Assembly: GCF_964355755.1 (NCBI RefSeq)
Contig: NC_092675.1
Coordinates: 25,516,912-25,580,911, forward strand
DNA from: Antedon mediterranea
Taxonomy: Eukaryota; Animalia; Echinodermata
DNA length: 64,000 nucleotides
Direction of reading: 5' to 3'
Shown here: positions 50,601-64,000 of the stretch, in pieces
How the letters are laid out: every line of letters starts with the position of its first letter
How positions within the stretch are numbered: the first letter of the stretch is position 1
The notes under the pieces: generated by a model
The model's database searches: none
What the model was told of the DNA's origin: nothing
The model's input: only the letters and a program-made list of their open reading frames with translations
Translations under genes and position numbers: made by a program

Positions 50601-53600
50601 GACAACTTAAGTACCTATGAGAGATGTAATGTTCTAAATTCTTACAAGTTGTTACATTCTAAAGCTTTACCACTAGCTAATGGATTTAAATAACGTATCC
50701 CATGGCGCCGTAACAAGAAAGGGATCTGTTGTTGATATACATAGCCTTGGCAATAAATAAAATTGACTGCCTCAGGTGTCTTGTGTATGAATTACGATGT
50801 AAAAATATTATATTAAGTCTGTAAACAACAACAAATCAAGAATAATAGAAATTATCCTGTGAAATTAAAGGTTCCTACAGTTAATCAATGTACAAGATTT
50901 TTTGAACTGATCAGGAAAGATAACAAGAATAGAATAATATTATACTGTGATATTGTAAATAAACTAAATTTAAAGAATAAATCTACAGTATACTACAGTA
51001 CAGTACATTAGAATAACAGGAATATTTTAAATATCTGAATGTGCTTTTAGATTTTTCAAACACAGGGTTTAAATTTCAAATTTTAAATTGAGTCTAAAGC
51101 TGGCATATTTCAGCACAAAATCATTATGATGGTGATAATCAAATTCTAGCAGGATACCTGTGGTTTGATTTTATCAACCAGCCACTCTGATTGGGCTGCA
51201 TGCTATCCTGCAGTTTAATCTGACCAATCAAAAGAATCGCTTCATAAGAATTCTGCATGATGTCTTGTATCTTGATCTGACCAATCAGATATACGGTAGG
51301 TAGTGGATACCTGGGGGTACAGCATCACAGTATGTTGTTTTTACACACCGAACCATATCCAATATGGTTCCAATAAATGACTCAGACACTATTGACTTCC
51401 TGAACAGCGTTGTAATCTGAATGTCATGTCACGTCCGACTGTGAACGCCAGACACTTTCACATTTTGCAAACGCAAAATTGTCTCGCAAGCTTTTCAACA
51501 TGAATATCGAAAATTAAATTTCAAATAAAACATCACGAAAATCATTAAACTAAAGGTACTGTATGGATGAGGATATGCAAATAGATCTCATAGATTCCTA
51601 ACATTAATATCATTTAATGTACTTGAAAAAATCATGTTTGTTCATTAGTGTCAAACTTTCAATATTTTAAAATAATATTCAATACGACTAGACAGTATAT
51701 AATAACTGAATGGCATCAATAATGTTCTGGATGTTCAATCTTATTTACTGAGAGAAAATGATAATTTTACAAGATAATCAGGTTAGGTTGTTTAGATGTA
51801 GCTTTAGTGTGTTATAAATGTATCATTTTTATTTTAAATAATCTAAACATTCTATCTACTAGGCCTACTGTACTGTATCAAACTCTATGTGATGTGCTCA
51901 TACAGATGGACATGATGATGATGTCATATCACTACCATATTTGGGCACATCTCATTTTTTTTCTCAAACTAGTTTGATAGTGTAGACAGAGCTTTATTAG
52001 ACAAATTCAAAATACCAAACATACTGTATAATATCATATGGTAGTACAGTATAAATATTTGTAGGAATGTTAAAAGATGTAAATATTTCTATATAATTTT
52101 AACTGGATAAAAGACCTCTATACCTCATGAGGGCGTGGTTGTGGACAAGTCCTTTATGGTACAGGGGAGTTCTAGGAACTTTTTACTTTCGTATCTAAGC
52201 CCTTCCCCCGGAGAGCATGGGCTAATATCAGTTATCCAGCACAAAATAGTCTATGACGTTTATTAGTATGCTTACCTGCACCGAAAGCAAAGAAGAAGCT
52301 TTTCTTGGGATATTCATCAAGCAACTCTTTCACTCGCATTGCCATCCGACGATTCCTTTTAATGATCAACTCTTCTTTAAAATATTCATCAATCTCATTT
52401 GCTGTGTTATATTCAACGGACGAGAGTGTTGTGTTCAGCACACTCGCCAACTGAGCTGTATCACGGTTGAAAATTACAGAATCTAAATCTCCGCAATTAT
52501 AATGTCTAATAAGATCTTCTGTTGTATATGACATGTGGCTATCCCCAGATCGTAAACTTTCATGCTGGAAGAGTGTTTGGTTTAGAGCAAATAACACCTG
52601 AAAGAAAGTAGTCAAATTTATTAACTATTACTACAGTTACTGTACAGTATATCTACACAACAATAACACATAACATTTTATTTGGAAACAAATAATAATG
52701 ACTGTGCCATAAGTGTGCTCATCTGTTGATCAATATCAAAGTTGATATTAAAGTCAGAGGGCATTGATCAAGCTGGTCAAGTACTTTGACCAGTAGAAAG
52801 TGACCTTGAATCTGTAGTATCGCCCTTTAGGGGGTCAAGCATTGCCAATGTCAAGGTACTATTAAGTTCAAATTATACAGTAGTAGACAGGTGAGGAACA
52901 AGCAATGAGTAAATAATTAAAGATGGTAGTAAATTGTGCCGAACTATGGTAGGACTTTTACAACTATTCTTGGATCCAGAGAAATAGGCATACAGTATAT
53001 ATACTGTAGGTACAGTACTTAAATATTAGGCACCACATAGACACTATTTTACAAGTATAGTAATTTAATTTAGTTTTTTGCTTTACAATTAAGAAATATC
53101 AGAACTTAAAAGATCGCAATTAATGATGTTAACATTGTACATGATATTGAAAGTTTTAAAATATTTCTAAATCTGTACATTAAAATGTTTCTCTTAATAT
53201 CAGACATTATTGCCAGCTGTGATACAATCTTGACATCTTACCCCCTACCTATAATACAATAATGAAAAGTAAACAACTTTGTCTATGTGAAAACTAAATT
53301 AGGTTACTGTAGGTACATATGAAAGTACAAATACTGTATGAAGGACATGAATTAATAATAATAGTCTATAGGCCCTATCTCAATTTAGTCTATAGGCCCT
53401 ATCTCAATAATAGTCTATAGACCCTATCTCAATATTAATGTATTGCTAATTTACTGTTAACATGATAGGAAGCAACCATACACTGTAAACTAAATTTTGT
53501 ATGTTGATTATTAAGTTATGTAATTGATTTTCAGACACCTAAAATACCAGATCAATATTGCATTGACTGTGAGCTAAATGACTAATTAACGATGAACACT

Positions 53601-56600
53601 CCTTAAATGGCCTTAATTGATTACTTTATTGGCTGCTAATAACAATGTCCAATTATGAAAATACTTTATCCAATGATGCACATTAGCACATCATTGAGGA
53701 ACATAATGAAATCTTATCATAACAGAACTTGTCTTAAAAATTCTTTGATCTTTTAAGTTTTACCTACCTTGCTAATTATAATCCATTAGTACAGTATGGA
53801 AGTAAATTATGTGGATTAAAGGCCTACATGGAAGTACTGTAAGAGGACCTTGAAGAAGGATAAAACTAACCTTGTGTTTTCACTGTAAAAAAGTATGTAC
53901 AGTACAGAATACAGTATTATAATACCTGTTAGGTTGGACACAGAAATATCCCATGATTGTATTTGGCAGGTTACAGGGGTATATTGTAGTTTATTACTAA
54001 ACAAAACTCTACTGTACTGTAGTTTCATTACTGTATCATTTGTTCTCCAAGAATTTTAACTTTCTGTATTACAACTTCTGTCATTCACAAAATGTTTTTC
54101 ATTTCGATGATTAACATTTCTTTGAAATTTTTAGTTTGTGGTTGAAATTTAGGCATCTGACCATTACTTGCATAAAATAATCAAATTTAAATCAGTTAGA
54201 GATTAATTTTGGTGTCTTAAAACGATGGCGTTTCCTGACGGTCAACTGGGAAGGAAATGAAATAGCGATATGGGACATTCCCAATAGGCATGCATTATTA
54301 TGAAGACACCATGAGGCAATTAAGGTAGCCATGGTTGCTACGACCATCAAACTCACCGCTGTAACACACAACCACCGACAGCCCTGCAGGAGTTTCAAAT
54401 TAGTGATGTCTTCACAACTAACGTTCCAAAAACTCAACGAATCAAATCCCCAGAATAACAAGTGGAATTAGTTTGAAAAACATAGGATTTGGTTCAACCT
54501 ACTTACAGAGTACATGTACCTATGTTGCTGTTTCACATGTTCTAACGTGCTTACATAAACAATATTAATACAAATCAACACAGATGGTCAGACATTTCCG
54601 CTTTTAATATCTGTAGGGCTTCCCTTCTAATGCATCTGTCAAAACACTTTTGAAGGACTCGTTAATAAATCTGGGACAAGATTCAGTCAAAATATCTTGT
54701 ATTTTGATATTATTCTGATCTTTTGCGGTCATATTGAAGCTTGTTAACTGCAAGGTTGGATGCCCTTGCCTTAAATCTGATATTAATTTGGACTTCATTT
54801 TTAAAAGAAAAATTGTAAGCAATCCGGCCACTATGCCTTGTAAATTTTAGATGCACAGCATCAGCTTAGCAGGGAAAATTCCAAATGAACAACTAGTACC
54901 ATATAGTACTATGTACTGTATAGACTAATATAATGTTAAAATTATACTCAGTATTTATACAGTAATTCAACTTATTTAAAAAAAATAGTACAGCTTAAAC
55001 TATAGTACAGTAAAAGTATGTACACATTGTAAAATGTCTAAGGTATTCTGTATACAACAAAAATTCATTTTCTTTTTTTTAATATAGTAAATAAATCAGC
55101 AAACATTTTTTAAAATAATATAGCAATCACCTAATACAGTAGTATAATAGGATCAAGAATTTATACTATCAACCTATATACAGTAATTTAATTTTAGACA
55201 GCATGATTAATACCAGGATAGAATAAGGACTTACTAATAAAGCATAATCAACAGGGGATCAACTTGTTTACAGCATTCACTTCCACCCTAATACTTTGAT
55301 TTACCTAATTAATTATTCCATTAACTAAATAAATTTGGGCATACTTTAAATGCTGCTGTTATAGATTATGAAACGCAGTTCAAACATTCCTGGACATGCA
55401 AAGCAGAACACGCTTGGAGGCCAGAACATTCCAACCCAAAATTAAATACTTTTCGGTGAAACTGTGGACGTTGCTTAGCTTGCAGCGCTATTGGAGGATA
55501 CAGCATCAATGAATAAATGTTTCGTCACATCGTATTTTTTCAAATTTGAACGCAACAGTAGCACACTGTATATTATATACAACTTTAGAAAACATGCCAT
55601 AATTTCAGAATATGTTTAAAAAATGAATATACATACTCTATTTAGTATATCCACTCCACTGTAGTAAGAATATAAATTGTATAAAAAACATGTATTGATA
55701 GCAGAATTAGGAATAAACTGAAAGTTTGACAAATTGTAATTTTTATCGAACATTGATACAGTAGAATCAATTAAATCAATCAATTTATAAAAAAGGTTAA
55801 AGTTCAATTACTGAGTTACTGTACTGTATATAATAAGACCTTCAAATCCAGTACTTCTAGACATGATGTGATCTTAGTAAGTTAAATTCCCATGCTGTTG
55901 ACAAGACTTATCAGCTGTAAAAATACCTATTATTAGGGGGGCTTAATAATCTTGAATGGGGTAAATACTGGGTATTCATTAGTAAATGTTTAGTCAATAG
56001 GATCAGGTTGGGATTTAATGTTACTGACCTAAATGGATAAAAACACAGGTGTTTAGTTATATATCCACATAATACTATATAAGAACAGTACTGTACCATT
56101 GTTTACTGTATGTTGCATTCTATTTGTGTATAATTTTATTTCATCTTCTTCCTATGTATGTTGTTGTCAACAACATACTGTAGGAATGGAACTTACTAAG
56201 ATCACATCATGTCTAGTAGAAGTACTGAATTTGAAGGTTTTATTAATTACATACATCTTCCTATACTTCAGTTTATTACTTAAAAATTAGCTGTTCACAA
56301 AAATTTGGCCAATAATTTAAGATACTAAATCATACAATTCTATTAGAAATTATTATTATAGGTTTAAATTGTCCCCTATTTATTCATGTAGTAAAACAGT
56401 ACTGTACACTGTAAAGAGATGTCCTAATTAACAAAACATCTATAAACAATTACATTTAAATGATGGGCTCTATTGTTATTTTGCATTAAATGAACTGGCA
56501 GATAAAAAGCTGTAAAAGAATTGTTAAACAACTCCCCAGTTATATCATCATAGACTGTAGACATATAGATTAGATAGGTCAATTGGACCATGGTTATATC

Positions 56601-57359
56601 AGAGGTGGTGGTTATATTATAATATCAATAAACATAGCAAGTAAAAAATATAGAAAATGAATTATTTGAATTTATCACGATTAAAAAAATATAATTTTAA
56701 TACTAATCAAGGATCCCTTTAAGTAAAACATCACTTTCTTTATTAGGTTAAAAAAGACAACAAAATTGTTTTTTTTATTATATAAGTTTCCTTACCTGCG
56801 AAAAATTTAGTCCATTTAATGGTACACATTGTTCCTCTACTTTTTCGACTGCGCCTGTCCCTTTATTTGATCTATTAGCTTCTTGCGCTAAATATAAGTC
56901 CAACACTGGTATCCCCTTTGCCTTCACATCGGCTTCCGTCAACGAATTCACTAATAACATCACCCACACTGGCCGCTTTCTTTCCCAATTACCCGCAATG
57001 GCGTTAAACAGATAATCAGCATATAAACCTTTTCCCTTCTGATCTTGCGTCATCCAAGACGGCATCATGAGTCTTACATATTCTAAATGACTTTTTAAGC
57101 GTAGGTACATACTTTCAGGGAGTACATCTCGTAGATTCTCTCCCTGAGGTAACATTTGACAGTACGTTAGTTCTGATATTGTTTTAGGGTCTGTTAAGTC
57201 TAACTCAAAGAATATATTTTTACTATTTTGAAATGCACGTTTTGTGTTACTTGGTATGTAGTCCCAAACACGTGTATAGGGAACGTGAATTGTCCCGAAG
57301 AAATAAGCAGGAGGGCCTGGTTCTCGTCGAACACGCCATAGGAAAGAGTTCGTTTTACT
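32466..57359 (-). CDS. TRABD2: Metalloprotease Tiki (TraB domain-containing 2), five exons (447 aa); signal-peptide exon not found in window
   Basis: Exons 56796-57359, 52276-52597, 39422-39512, 35718-35879, 32466-32670; GT-AG and phase-consistent. Motifs [84 protein letters not shown], hydrophobic C-terminus. Confidence 0.95.
33401..33580 (-). mobile_element. L2-like LINE 3' end remnant
   Basis: Minus strand has ...GTGTGGAAC... near the ORF2 end, then AGCGCTTTGGGAC...GCACTTTATAAAT and a short (ATTAC)n tail. Confidence 0.55.
35718..35879 (-). CDS. TRABD2: Tiki exon (basic linker, FNELW motif)
   Basis: [23 protein letters not shown]...[13 protein letters not shown], phase 2-2, GTAAGT donor. 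Confidence 0.8.
39422..39512 (-). CDS. TRABD2: Tiki exon completing the GAGH motif
   Basis: (G)[29 protein letters not shown], 91 nt. Confidence 0.92.
44778..45053. repeat. Four identical tandem 68-bp units
   Basis: Units start at 44778, 44846, 44914 and 44982. Each contains the inverted pair GGGGACAC...GTGTCCCC. Confidence 0.97.
49995..50170. mobile_element. Harbinger-like MITE (AGCTCTGTCTACAC family), copy 3
   Basis: TTA|AGCTCTGTCTACACTATCAAAC ... AGACAGAGCT|TTA. Confidence 0.8.
51876..51993. mobile_element. Harbinger-like MITE, copy 4 (left end lost)
   Basis: Same interior GGACATGATGATG...CTACCATATTTGGGCACATC and right TIR GTTTGATAGTGTAGACAGAGCT. Confidence 0.75.
52276..52597 (-). CDS. 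TRABD2: Tiki exon
   Basis: VLFALNQTL...[15 protein letters not shown]...KRNRRMA...FFFAFGA. Confidence 0.95.
53362..53433. repeat. Three tandem 24-25-bp units TAGTCTATAGGCCCTATCTCAAT
   Basis: Directly visible. Confidence 0.9.
56796..57359 (-). CDS. TRABD2: Tiki exon (start of TraB/Tiki domain)
   Basis: [36 protein letters not shown]...MLPQGENL...PLNGLNFSQ. Confidence 0.95.
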
Positions 57360-59288
57360 CTGAAATATAATAAAAAAATATCAGTTAACTAGTATCTGTT
57401 AATAAAATATAAATGGTATTGATTTTTTTCAAGTTTCTGCTATAGTACTAGAGATTCTTAATATTCTTAACATTAACATTCAAATTTCAACAACTTAAAT
57501 CTTTTTTTTTTCGTCTGAGCGATTTGAGTTAAATGTTTTTTAAAATGTTGTATCCATCAGGTTTTCACACCCCTTTCAGTTCCAAAATGCCTCAATAGCT
57601 CTTAGATAATGGTTGTGTTCAATGTAAATTAATGATTGGTTGAAAACAACAAAAGACCAGAATTTGGTATAAGTAGCTTAGTAAAATCTTAAACAGAAGA
57701 CAACCCTCTAACCAGCCAGGGTATGCTTAATGAAGACACAGCTGCTATGTTAGTCAACAACTCTGCAAATATTATATAAAAAGGTAAAAACTATGATTGC
57801 AAGGGGTCCTTACCGATTCGTCGTTATCGTTTGAACACCTCATTCCTTTTCTTAATTTGCTTATTGAATAAGTCTCTGCTAAAGGGATAAGACACATATA
57901 AATCACCATAAATATTCTTGGAAATTGGTGCCAGTTCATGTTAAAGTTACTATTTCTGAGAACACACACGGTGTACCAATACAAACTATATTTGTGCTAG
58001 GACCCTCAGAGCAGCCGACAGCGAGTACCCTGTGTTGTTGCAGTGGCAGCGAAACGAGTTGACAGGCCTGCCGTGTGTCTGAGTTATACATCCCTTCTCT
58101 GCACAACACGAAATATCCAGCCGAATTGGGAATATATTTAAATGTGCTAACTTCGCCATTCGAAAATACATTGATCTTTTGAATCTATTTCCATGACTTC
58201 AACATTTTATATCCAGTGTATATTCCAAAGATGCATTAGTAAACTATCTTCTGTTTCGAACGACAGAAAGTATCTATAACTTGATCACAACAATGCTATT
58301 CGCGTGTAGTGTCTTTTGCTAATGTAAGTACATGCTCAGTGTGTACCGCTTCAATATCCTCGTTCATTGATTGGCTATTTCATGCTTGGCTGACCTCGAA
58401 GGATGGCGCTGAAGTCTCAGGTCTCCGAGGTCCTCCTCTTTTTTTGTAATGACGTAATCGTTAGGCTCAGTTAATAAACCATAACTTCGTAAACTTATCC
58501 ACCATTCAAAAACGTGCATATCCAAATCACCTAAATAATTAATTTTCATTCGCAGGCTATCTTTCAAAGCACTAGCAGCACCACCTGATATATTTCCGTG
58601 GGTGTAGGGAAGATTAAAATGATTATTATATTATTGCCGTAATTCTGAATCAATCTATAGATTCAAGTTTTAAAACACATACACCACATGCGAAATATTT
58701 CAATTTGATATTTCTCTCTAATTGATTCACTTATATCGGTTCTATTATTTTAATCGCATTTGCATTTGATATAATCCTAGGCTTATTATTTATTATTACT
58801 TAAAACCAAACATTACTTTAATCAATGTTCCAGAATTAAACAGCTTTTATAACATATTCTGATGATGAATGATGAAAAGATAATTATTTATAAATATTAG
58901 AAATACATTTTTTGAACAATGCATCGATGTCTAGGCCTACCAAATGTAAAATAATTCTGAAGAGGGCGATCAATATACGCCGACGCGATAATACATACAC
59001 AGTATTATAACTTCCGTAGGTCTAATGAAAGATTTCGCCTTCCAAATTGTCCCTATTAGACCTATTTAAACACATTTTAAGAATGAATACTATAATTATT
59101 GTATAAGTATACATATTCGGTATAAGGCTTTAGATTATCGATGAAATAAAATTCAACGATATGGTAAATAAGTCCAACATTTTTTTTCTTCGAAAAAGGC
59201 TTTTTCTACATCCCAGAACCAAGTTGTTACAAATGTTTAAAGGGATTGAGATGAATTGCTATATCGATTTCTGACAAGTTGTATGTTG

Positions 59289-60107
59289 TATGGAACGCCG
59301 TTTACGCAACATTTCGATGATATGAATTTTATGACGCGATATGTGAATGAAATGCATCGATATGAATTAAATGGTGCGATATATGAATGAAATGTTTTGA
59401 ATTGAATGCTTTGAATTGAATATTTTGAATGAAATGTTTTGAATGAAATGTTTTGAATGAAATGTTTTGAATGAAATGTTTTGAATGAAATGTTTTAAAT
59501 GAAATGTTTTGAATGAAATGTTTTGAATGAAATGTTTGAATTGAATTGAAAAGTCAAACTATTGGTGGCGTATGTCATTCTCGCTCGCGATTATTTTCTC
59601 AACCTCTTAGGGCTAAGCCTGGGTACCCTCATCTCTTTTCTTCCACGCTGCCTTTACAGAGAATCCTAACAGACCTGGGTTCGGAAATATGTATTCCAAT
59701 GTTTCAGGTCTGTTAGGGAGTCTCTGTAAAGGATTCATATTGATGACAGCGTTGAAAGGAGATGAGGGTACCCATGCTTAGGCCTATTAAGAGGTTGAAA
59801 AAAAATCGCGAGCGGGAATGACATACGCCGCCAATAGTTTGACTTTTCAATTCAATTCAAACATTTCATTAAAAACATTTAATTCAAAACATTTCATTCA
59901 AAACATTTCATTCAAAACATTTTATTCAAAACATTCAATTCAAAACATTTCATTCAAAACATTTCATTCAAAACATTCAATTCAAAGCATTCAATTCAAA
60001 ACATTGCATTCATATATCACGCCATTCAATTCATATCGATGCATTTCATTCACATATCGCGTCATAAAATTCATATCATCGAAATGTTGCGTAAACGGCG
60101 TTCCATA
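59289..60107. mobile_element. IS3EU-like non-autonomous foldback element (819 bp)
   Basis: ATGTTG|TATGGAACGCCGTTTACGCAACATTTCG ... CGAAATGTTGCGTAAACGGCGTTCCATA|ATGTTG. TAY...RTA termini and 6-bp TSD. Each arm has a 14-bp tandem repeat (GAATGAAATGTTTT). Confidence 0.85.
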
Positions 60108-62109
60108 ATGTTGAGCCTTTTTGGCATTCATTTTGATCAATCACTCAATGAATTAGTTGTTTGTTCATTTGACAATAAATTATAGTACTGAGTCTCATAA
60201 ATACGTCCGAATTTGGCTAATAACGTCAAATGTACAAGTGTGCGGTAAAGATCTTAGCTCCTCTGTCGGAACGACGTTTGCTCAATCGGAACCTTGAATT
60301 TTAAAACCATTTAATAGTTCTTAATATTTTACTGTAGATTGATTCATTAATATGAAGCTAATTCGGCTAATTCGATAAAAGCACGTACGAGAAATGCCGG
60401 CCGTTCATATAGCAGTTACAATGTTCAAAGAATTTATCCATTTAACGCTTGTTGTACAAAGATATATCCAATACGTTTTCTAATCGTATTCCTAGAAAAC
60501 AAGACAAGTGTCAACGCTGGCAGATTAACGGCGTTGATTATAATTCTACGAATTACATTCTATATCAAAACGCATGGGAATATATTAAAATAATTGCCGT
60601 AAGTCAACATTAATCAAATTTAAAAAGCGCAATTCTAAAATTGGATAGACAGCTTGGGAACAGCACAGAGAACTTTGTCTCATTATTCATTTACCACCAC
60701 CATTACTTAAGCTAATATCAAAATCTTATATCCTACGTCTTTTCCGGACAAATTACGCCACAACAAGGAGTGGTTGGACACAAATTAGCGTCGAAGACGA
60801 ACTGATAATTACGTTTATCGGTAAGCCTACGTGGTCAGTCACCGTCAGCTTGAAAGTGCTACTCAAAGTTTATTGAAAATTTAACTATATTTTATGTCGA
60901 CTGGGTCATGTAGTTTAACTTGATTTAACGAATTACATTAACTGACATTATTATTTTCTCTTTAGTTGCACTGTAGGCCTAACGGAACCAAATTATTGTC
61001 TTTACATTTTTACATCACATATTGTAATTTGCATTTCCTTACAATGCATCTATAACTATGTAGTATAGGCCTATATCCATATCATAAATTGTCATTTCAT
61101 ATCGACTTTTCTAATATTATTATTATAAACTGGAATTATCGTACCAGTTCTAGCGTCACAAGTATTAATACTATTATTACACGCATATTTTGTAAGGGCG
61201 GTTCAGCCATTTACTTCAGGGAATGTCAGGGACTATTTAGAACACAGTAGTTCAAATTGTTGAAGTGGGTGTATTTTGTCAAACTCTATTAATGTAATGT
61301 ATTTATTAACTTACATTGAACTTTGAAGGCGCCGCGCTCTTTGAAATGGGAGGGGCGCCTAAGTCGTTTGATATCTTCACTGGCGCCTATAAGGCGCTTA
61401 TTCAAACGGATGGATCTTTTTGCTGGGTACAGGTAGCTCTATACACAGGTACACTTCAATACTTAGCCGGAACATTTTTTTTATTGTTTCTTAAATTAAT
61501 TATGCAAGGGTAGGGTTAATTTAGGCGTATGATAAATAAATACAAACAAAAAGCAGTACATTAGACATATATGTTTTCCTCTGAGAATGACAATTATGAA
61601 TCGGTTTTGGCCGCTGATCATGATACTTGTTATTGTCGCTAAAATTAAAAACCTACTACACCACCAACCACTCTATGCGGTCTTTGACGATCTTGAAAAC
61701 GGAAAATTGTCGAAGTAACAAAGCCCCCATCACCCTCTCTCTTCCCAATCCTATCCTAGGCGATTGTATTATTGATTTTCCACTTATCAACCTATAAATA
61801 CATTTTTAGCCAAATTACACACAATCGACTTGTCCGGTAAGTGTAATAATGATGCAATGACGAAATGATCATTTCAATTTGTATTAACTAAAACAAAAAT
61901 AATTTAGGGATGAGTTACCACGGCGATAAAAACACAATGAAATCAAAACCAAGTAAAAATGAAAATAGTGACAGTTACGTTTCTATGGTGACATGCAATA
62001 TTAAATTCAAACCTTTCGATTTAATAAGGACAGTTCAATTAATTTTATTTTTAGAAGCGTTTTAAATCAACGATGAGATTCAGAACTAAATTAGCATGTT
62101 AGTAGAAAA

Positions 62110-62630
62110 AGATTATAATTAATGTTAAGAAATAAATATGTTAAGAAATGAATATACTTTGATAACGAATACGTTAAGAAATCAATGCGTTAAGAAAAGA
62201 ATGTGAAAAGAAATAATGAATACGTTAAGAAATACATATGCTTAAAAAATAAACAAAGAATTAACACGCTAAGAATATGATGATGTTAAGAAATGAACAT
62301 GAATATGATAAAATATGATTATGACAAGAAATGAATATGTTAAGATATGAATGTGTCTAAAAATGAATACGAGTTAAGAAATAAATATGCTAAGAAAATA
62401 ATATACAAAAAATAAATACGCTATAATATGATTGTTATGAAATGAATATTTAAAAATATGATTACGTTAAGAAATCAATTTGCTAAAATGATGCCCTATG
62501 TTAAAAAAATGAATGTCTTAAGAAATAATACGTTCAGAAAAATAATGAATACGCCAAGATATGAACATGTTAATGAATATGTTAAGATAGCAAGATTATG
62601 AAATGTCATTATGAAATGAATATATTATTT
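62110..62630. repeat. Degenerate AT-rich minisatellite (~16-17 bp, AATATGTTAAGAAATG-like)
   Basis: Recurring GTTAAGAAAT / ATGAATA units. Confidence 0.8.
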
Positions 62631-64000
62631 TAGTAATAAAAGAAAAAAATGTTAGTAGAACACAATTGTTGGCGATCGTTTTGCCATGTCATGAAATCAT
62701 CGTCAATTTTTCACCAGTCAGCCGTCACATATGTCCCTTTTGTAAACCCACCATGCCCTTGAGCCCCGTGCCAAAATACTGCAGATTTTGCGAATGAGTC
62801 AAGCGATTTTGAATTATCTTTACTACATAAAAACCAGTATTATTAAAACCACAAATCGAATCACGACTCACAGTTTAGCAGTGCAATACAGTACAATGTG
62901 GACTCAGAATGGAAACTTTAATTCAGAGGGCTGAATGGTTAAATGGTACACTTTCCAGTGAAACGAACAAGGATCAAGACAGCCACATATAGCCAATATT
63001 AAGGATATTTTTATGGGTCCCCTCAATAGCAGTTCTACAAATATAAAATGATTTGGGTATAGATTTGTGTCAGCTGGTTTACAAAAGCTCAAATGCTGAG
63101 CCATCTTTCCAATATTATACATTGAAATCAGTTTTATATTTGCTTTCCTTGCAATGGGATGCCAGTCTTGAATATAAAAAAAACACAAATTAACCAAAGT
63201 AAATGTACAGTATAAAAATTTATTGAAATCATTATCGATTATACTTCTTATTAAGTAAAATTCTAAATTTCTTAAATAATTATTGTCAAATATGAGCTTA
63301 AAAAGAAATTGTTATGGAGTTTTTTTAAAATAAAAATGGTTTGTTTTTGAATTTCCAAAAAAAATAAAAAATAATTTACTACAGGAAATTTAAAATGAAA
63401 ATAGAACCACATTTTGTTCTCTCCTAATGACTGAATTGTATTGATTTATTTTTAGTTTATCTAAGAAGAATTGGAGGAATGATGTTTTGATGGAGTTTTA
63501 GCAATAAATTAAAAGTCTTTAGTGCTAATACTCAATTCTCCAATGTACAACTCAGATATTAAGTTATGTTTTAAAACCGAGAAAGGATATTATCATATAT
63601 ATTATATGGAATGTTCTACAAAATCATCATACATATATTGTACAGACCATGGAAGAATTTCCCTATGCAGACAATACTGTACTATCTTATTATAGCAGTA
63701 GATTTATCAGACTTTAGACGGTATCTGTTAGTTTTCAGAATGTTAACAAACAATAACATTTTAATATTCCATATTCTCAGTTAAATATTCATTTATTTTT
63801 TGACCAGTAATATTTATTATTTCTTTTAAAATAATTCTGGTTATCATCAACAAAGATTTTTTTTGTTATAAAACGATTAAAATGGATCACAAAATCAACA
63901 TAGCTTTCATAAAAATAATACAATATTCTTCAATATCCTTTCTGCAACGCAATTTCAATATCAGTGTATTTCTAAACACAATTTTAAAAGTTAAATTGGT

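Noticed and set aside
32900-55400. TCF/LEF-like CTTTGAT words in Tiki introns (Wnt feedback)
   Set aside because: Scattered, with no evident clustering beyond chance in AT-rich DNA.
59818-60108. 96-aa ORF with SFKTFHSKHSIQ repeats
   Set aside because: Translation of the 14-bp repeat inside the foldback element.

Overview
AT-rich eukaryotic (animal) genomic DNA with GT-AG spliced genes. Gene content and repeat families suggest a marine invertebrate, possibly an echinoderm (inference). Left to right: the 5' end of a 2-Cys peroxiredoxin (minus, runs off the left edge) head-to-head with a complete 15-exon RAD17 (plus); a convergent 7-exon CZIB/C1orf123 (minus); a decayed CR1-group LINE; an intact RING-less TRIM2/3-like B-box/coiled-coil/filamin/NHL gene with a frameshifted tandem paralogue; a repeat-dense intergenic stretch; and five exons of a Tiki/TRABD2 Wnt-inactivating metalloprotease (minus, first exon not found). 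Most listed ORFs are spurious, and the real genes were rebuilt by hand from splice sites. The non-coding DNA holds many non-autonomous elements with readable termini and TSDs (Academ-like, AcademH-like, IS3EU-like foldback, Kolobok-like, Harbinger-like, pogo-like, hAT-like), a composite 5S rRNA/tRNA-derived SINE candidate, a 65-bp palindrome and an apparent excess of transposon-footprint-like words. I found no convincing new protein-coding system. The best leads are the mobile-element and splicing observations.
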